Source of the DNA: Veleropilina oligotropha
Lineage: Eukaryota
Assembly: GCA_048128005.1 (NCBI GenBank)
Contig: JBEUKZ010000109.1
Span: 124,001-188,000, forward strand
Direction of reading: 5' to 3'
Length of the DNA: 64,000 nt
The stretch's first letter is position 1; each line of letters starts with the position of its first letter. The notes beneath the pieces were generated by a model. That model made no database searches. It was not told the DNA's origin and saw only the letters and a program-made list of their open reading frames with translations. Of the stretch, positions 63,798 through 64,000 are shown piece by piece. The translations under genes were made by a program, and so were the position numbers.

Positions 63798-64000
63798 TGT
63801 TGATGGTGCCACTCTCTAGTCGATACGGCAAGAAAACTCCGTACTTTATTCTTACTATTACGTATGTTATGTAACAAGTGTCCGCGGCGGAGAGTGGCCC
63901 CGGCTCACCCGCGTAGACTCATGTGGTTTTGTGCCTCGGTGCATTCTCCAATCAGAGAGTTGTCGTCCCTGTCGTACCTTTCTACAGTGGCAGGGATCAG

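Overview
AT-rich, repeat-dense animal genomic DNA; the repeat families look lophotrochozoan or mollusc-like, but the taxon is inferred. The host content is a complete 14-exon TTC38 gene on the minus strand (CDS 63797->13821, 465 aa) and a disrupted dienelactone-hydrolase-family pseudogene (8994-10420). TTC38 introns carry three full-length DIRS1-like tyrosine-recombinase retrotransposons from three diverged subfamilies: A (+, 21492-28971, apparently intact), B (-, 29909-37110, damaged) and C (-, 48565-55883, damaged). The 3' end of a fourth, B-family copy is at 1-129. Comparing A, B and C by eye shows four features I do not recognise as described for DIRS. (i) A ~450-nt non-coding region between the recombinase stop and the internal complementary region (ICR) has many helices supported by compensatory substitutions, and part of it is bracketed by splice-acceptor/donor-like sites. 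(ii) The ICR/circle junction folds into a covarying imperfect hairpin with the crossover trinucleotide at an off-centre bubble, resembling attC/CTX sites. (iii) Integration occurs at CAT(TTT), with one mismatched junction. (iv) A candidate splice or readthrough route fuses Gag to the recombinase. The rest is nested SINEs, MITEs, satellite-bearing Helentron-type elements and a Penelope-type hammerhead with a G3:C8 core swap. All folds and alignments were done by eye and need computational confirmation.
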